DNA of 64,000 nucleotides from an uncultured Pseudomonadales bacterium (GTDB lineage Bacteria; Patescibacteriota; Microgenomatia; UBA1400; Chazhemtobacteraceae): NCBI GenBank assembly GCA_964618725.1, contig CAZUBK010000002.1, positions 131,992 to 195,991 of the forward strand, read 5' to 3'. Shown piece by piece: positions 63,383 to 64,000 of this stretch (position 1 is its first letter; each line of letters starts with the position of its first letter). The notes under the pieces were generated by a model. It saw only the letters and a program-made list of their open reading frames with translations, ran no database searches and was not told where the DNA came from. The position numbers and the translations under genes were made by a program.

Positions 63383-64000
63383 ATGGACAATCAGACTGAG
63401 GTTATTCAGCCAGCTTTCCTTAGTCCTGGCACTTTGGAGGGCAAAAAGATTGGAGAAGGTGGAGAAAGTATCGTACTAAAGACAGCGAATGATCTGGTGA
63501 TAAAACTGGAAAGACCAATTAATCCAACCCATGCTTGGGGTCCATTCCTACACAGTAGGGAATTTCTGAAGAGAACCAAGCAAGGTTATCATCAAATGGA
63601 GGCTATCTTTGGTGATTATCTGTTGAAGACTTTGTTTGTGAGAGGCTCTGCTGTTGGAGGCGGCGAAACAAATGTTCGAATACAAAGAGGTATTGAAGGT
63701 CATGACTTGGAAAAGCTAGCAGTAGGTGGATGGGAGAAGGCAATTGCTGCAGATAATTCAGAGTTACACAGACAAGCGATGGGTATCTTAGTAGGGGCAG
63801 TGAGGGTATTAAACGAGATGGGAGTGCCGATGGATTTACATGGAGGAAATATCATTTACGACAGTACTAGTCAAAAGCTTAGAATCATTGATGCCGGGCC
63901 GCCTTTGGCGATTAGAGACGTTTTGACAAACGATGATGAACAATCAAACGAATTGAAACCCGGAGCAAAGGGATATATAAAAGGAACAATAGATAGATTA
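63383..64000 (+). CDS. protein-kinase-like fold protein (partial, 3' end beyond window), not in ORF track
   Basis: Hand translation. Open to the window end. Gly-rich loop IGEGGESIVLK, catalytic-loop-like DLHGGNIIYD, RIIDAG (DFG-like). Confidence 0.45.
   Translation, partial: MDNQTEVIQPAFLSPGTLEGKKIGEGGESIVLKTANDLVIKLERPINPTHAWGPFLHSREFLKRTKQGYHQMEAIFGDYLLKTLFVRGSAVGGGETNVRIQRGIEGHDLEKLAVGGWEKAIAADNSELHRQAMGILVGAVRVLNEMGVPMDLHGGNIIYDSTSQKLRIIDAGPPLAIRDVLTNDDEQSNELKPGAKGYIKGTIDRL

Noticed and set aside
1-64000. Alternative genetic code (UGA=Gly, code 25) as in some CPR lineages
   Set aside because: Long conserved genes (dnaK, pnp, ftsK, infB, alaS) read through at full length under the standard code with stops where expected. 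No in-frame TGA is needed.
1-64000. tRNA/rRNA/tmRNA/RNase P genes and IS/transposase/integrase genes
   Set aside because: Intergenic spaces are mostly shorter than 120 nt. None showed cloverleaf-like tRNA features or transposase/integrase ORFs on inspection. The GC-rich orphan genes lack flanking inverted repeats.

Overview
This 64-kb window looks like a chromosomal segment of a roughly 47% GC bacterium. The gene content is CPR/Patescibacteria-like and monoderm-type: LCP, FemAB, short IF-2, AlaRS, MetRS and UvrD forms. The standard genetic code applies, and long genes have no in-frame UGA. No rRNA, tRNA, CRISPR arrays, transposases or integrases were found.

The left two thirds (1-32.5 kb) is almost entirely minus-strand housekeeping:
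- A partial FtsA/PilM-like gene runs off the left edge.
- alaS, a ytxG/ytxH-like pair, a RodZ-like gene, ftsK, rnj, pnp, rpsO, a DHH-like gene, infB, nusA and dnaJ follow.
- The hrcA-grpE-dnaK operon carries an upstream CIRCE operator, and a second, degenerate CIRCE precedes dnaJ.
- lepA and murJ close the housekeeping block.

Accessory material is embedded in this part:
- A vapBC / Lon-like AAA+ without protease domain / hicAB mini-island lies between rnj and pnp.
- Two GC-rich orphan ORFs each have their own promoter and RBS.
- A carbohydrate-active cluster (GH-A hydrolase, GHL10-like, CE4 deacetylase) sits next to two hyper-acidic D/E/W/Y-rich proteins. One of these appears to be fused by frameshift to the deacetylase.

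The right third is plus-strand rich:
- rpsT and PilN/PilO-like genes.
- A 5.6-kb island of membrane-anchored surface proteins (34.5-40.2 kb): FN3 plus a cupredoxin-like domain without Cu ligands, furin/EGF-like Cys repeats, MopE-like Cys/Asp repeats in perfect 147-bp tandem DNA copies, P/T-rich linkers and C-terminal sorting-signal-like anchors.
- An ICMT-like methyltransferase / FAD oxidoreductase / DUF2298-like GT-C membrane trio.
- tpiA-LCP and a fully equipped 38-aa zinc-ribbon peptide gene.
- Two UvrD-family helicases flanking a DUF5678-like/retropepsin pair and two FemAB paralogues.
- A minus-strand putative operon: unknown 490-aa protein, RmuC, two small proteins, UvrD-PD-(D/E)xK helicase-nuclease.
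- A TrpR-like regulator, metG, tatD, a GT2 synthase and a partial kinase-like ORF at the right edge.

All functional calls come from motif recognition in the translated ORFs. No database searches were run.
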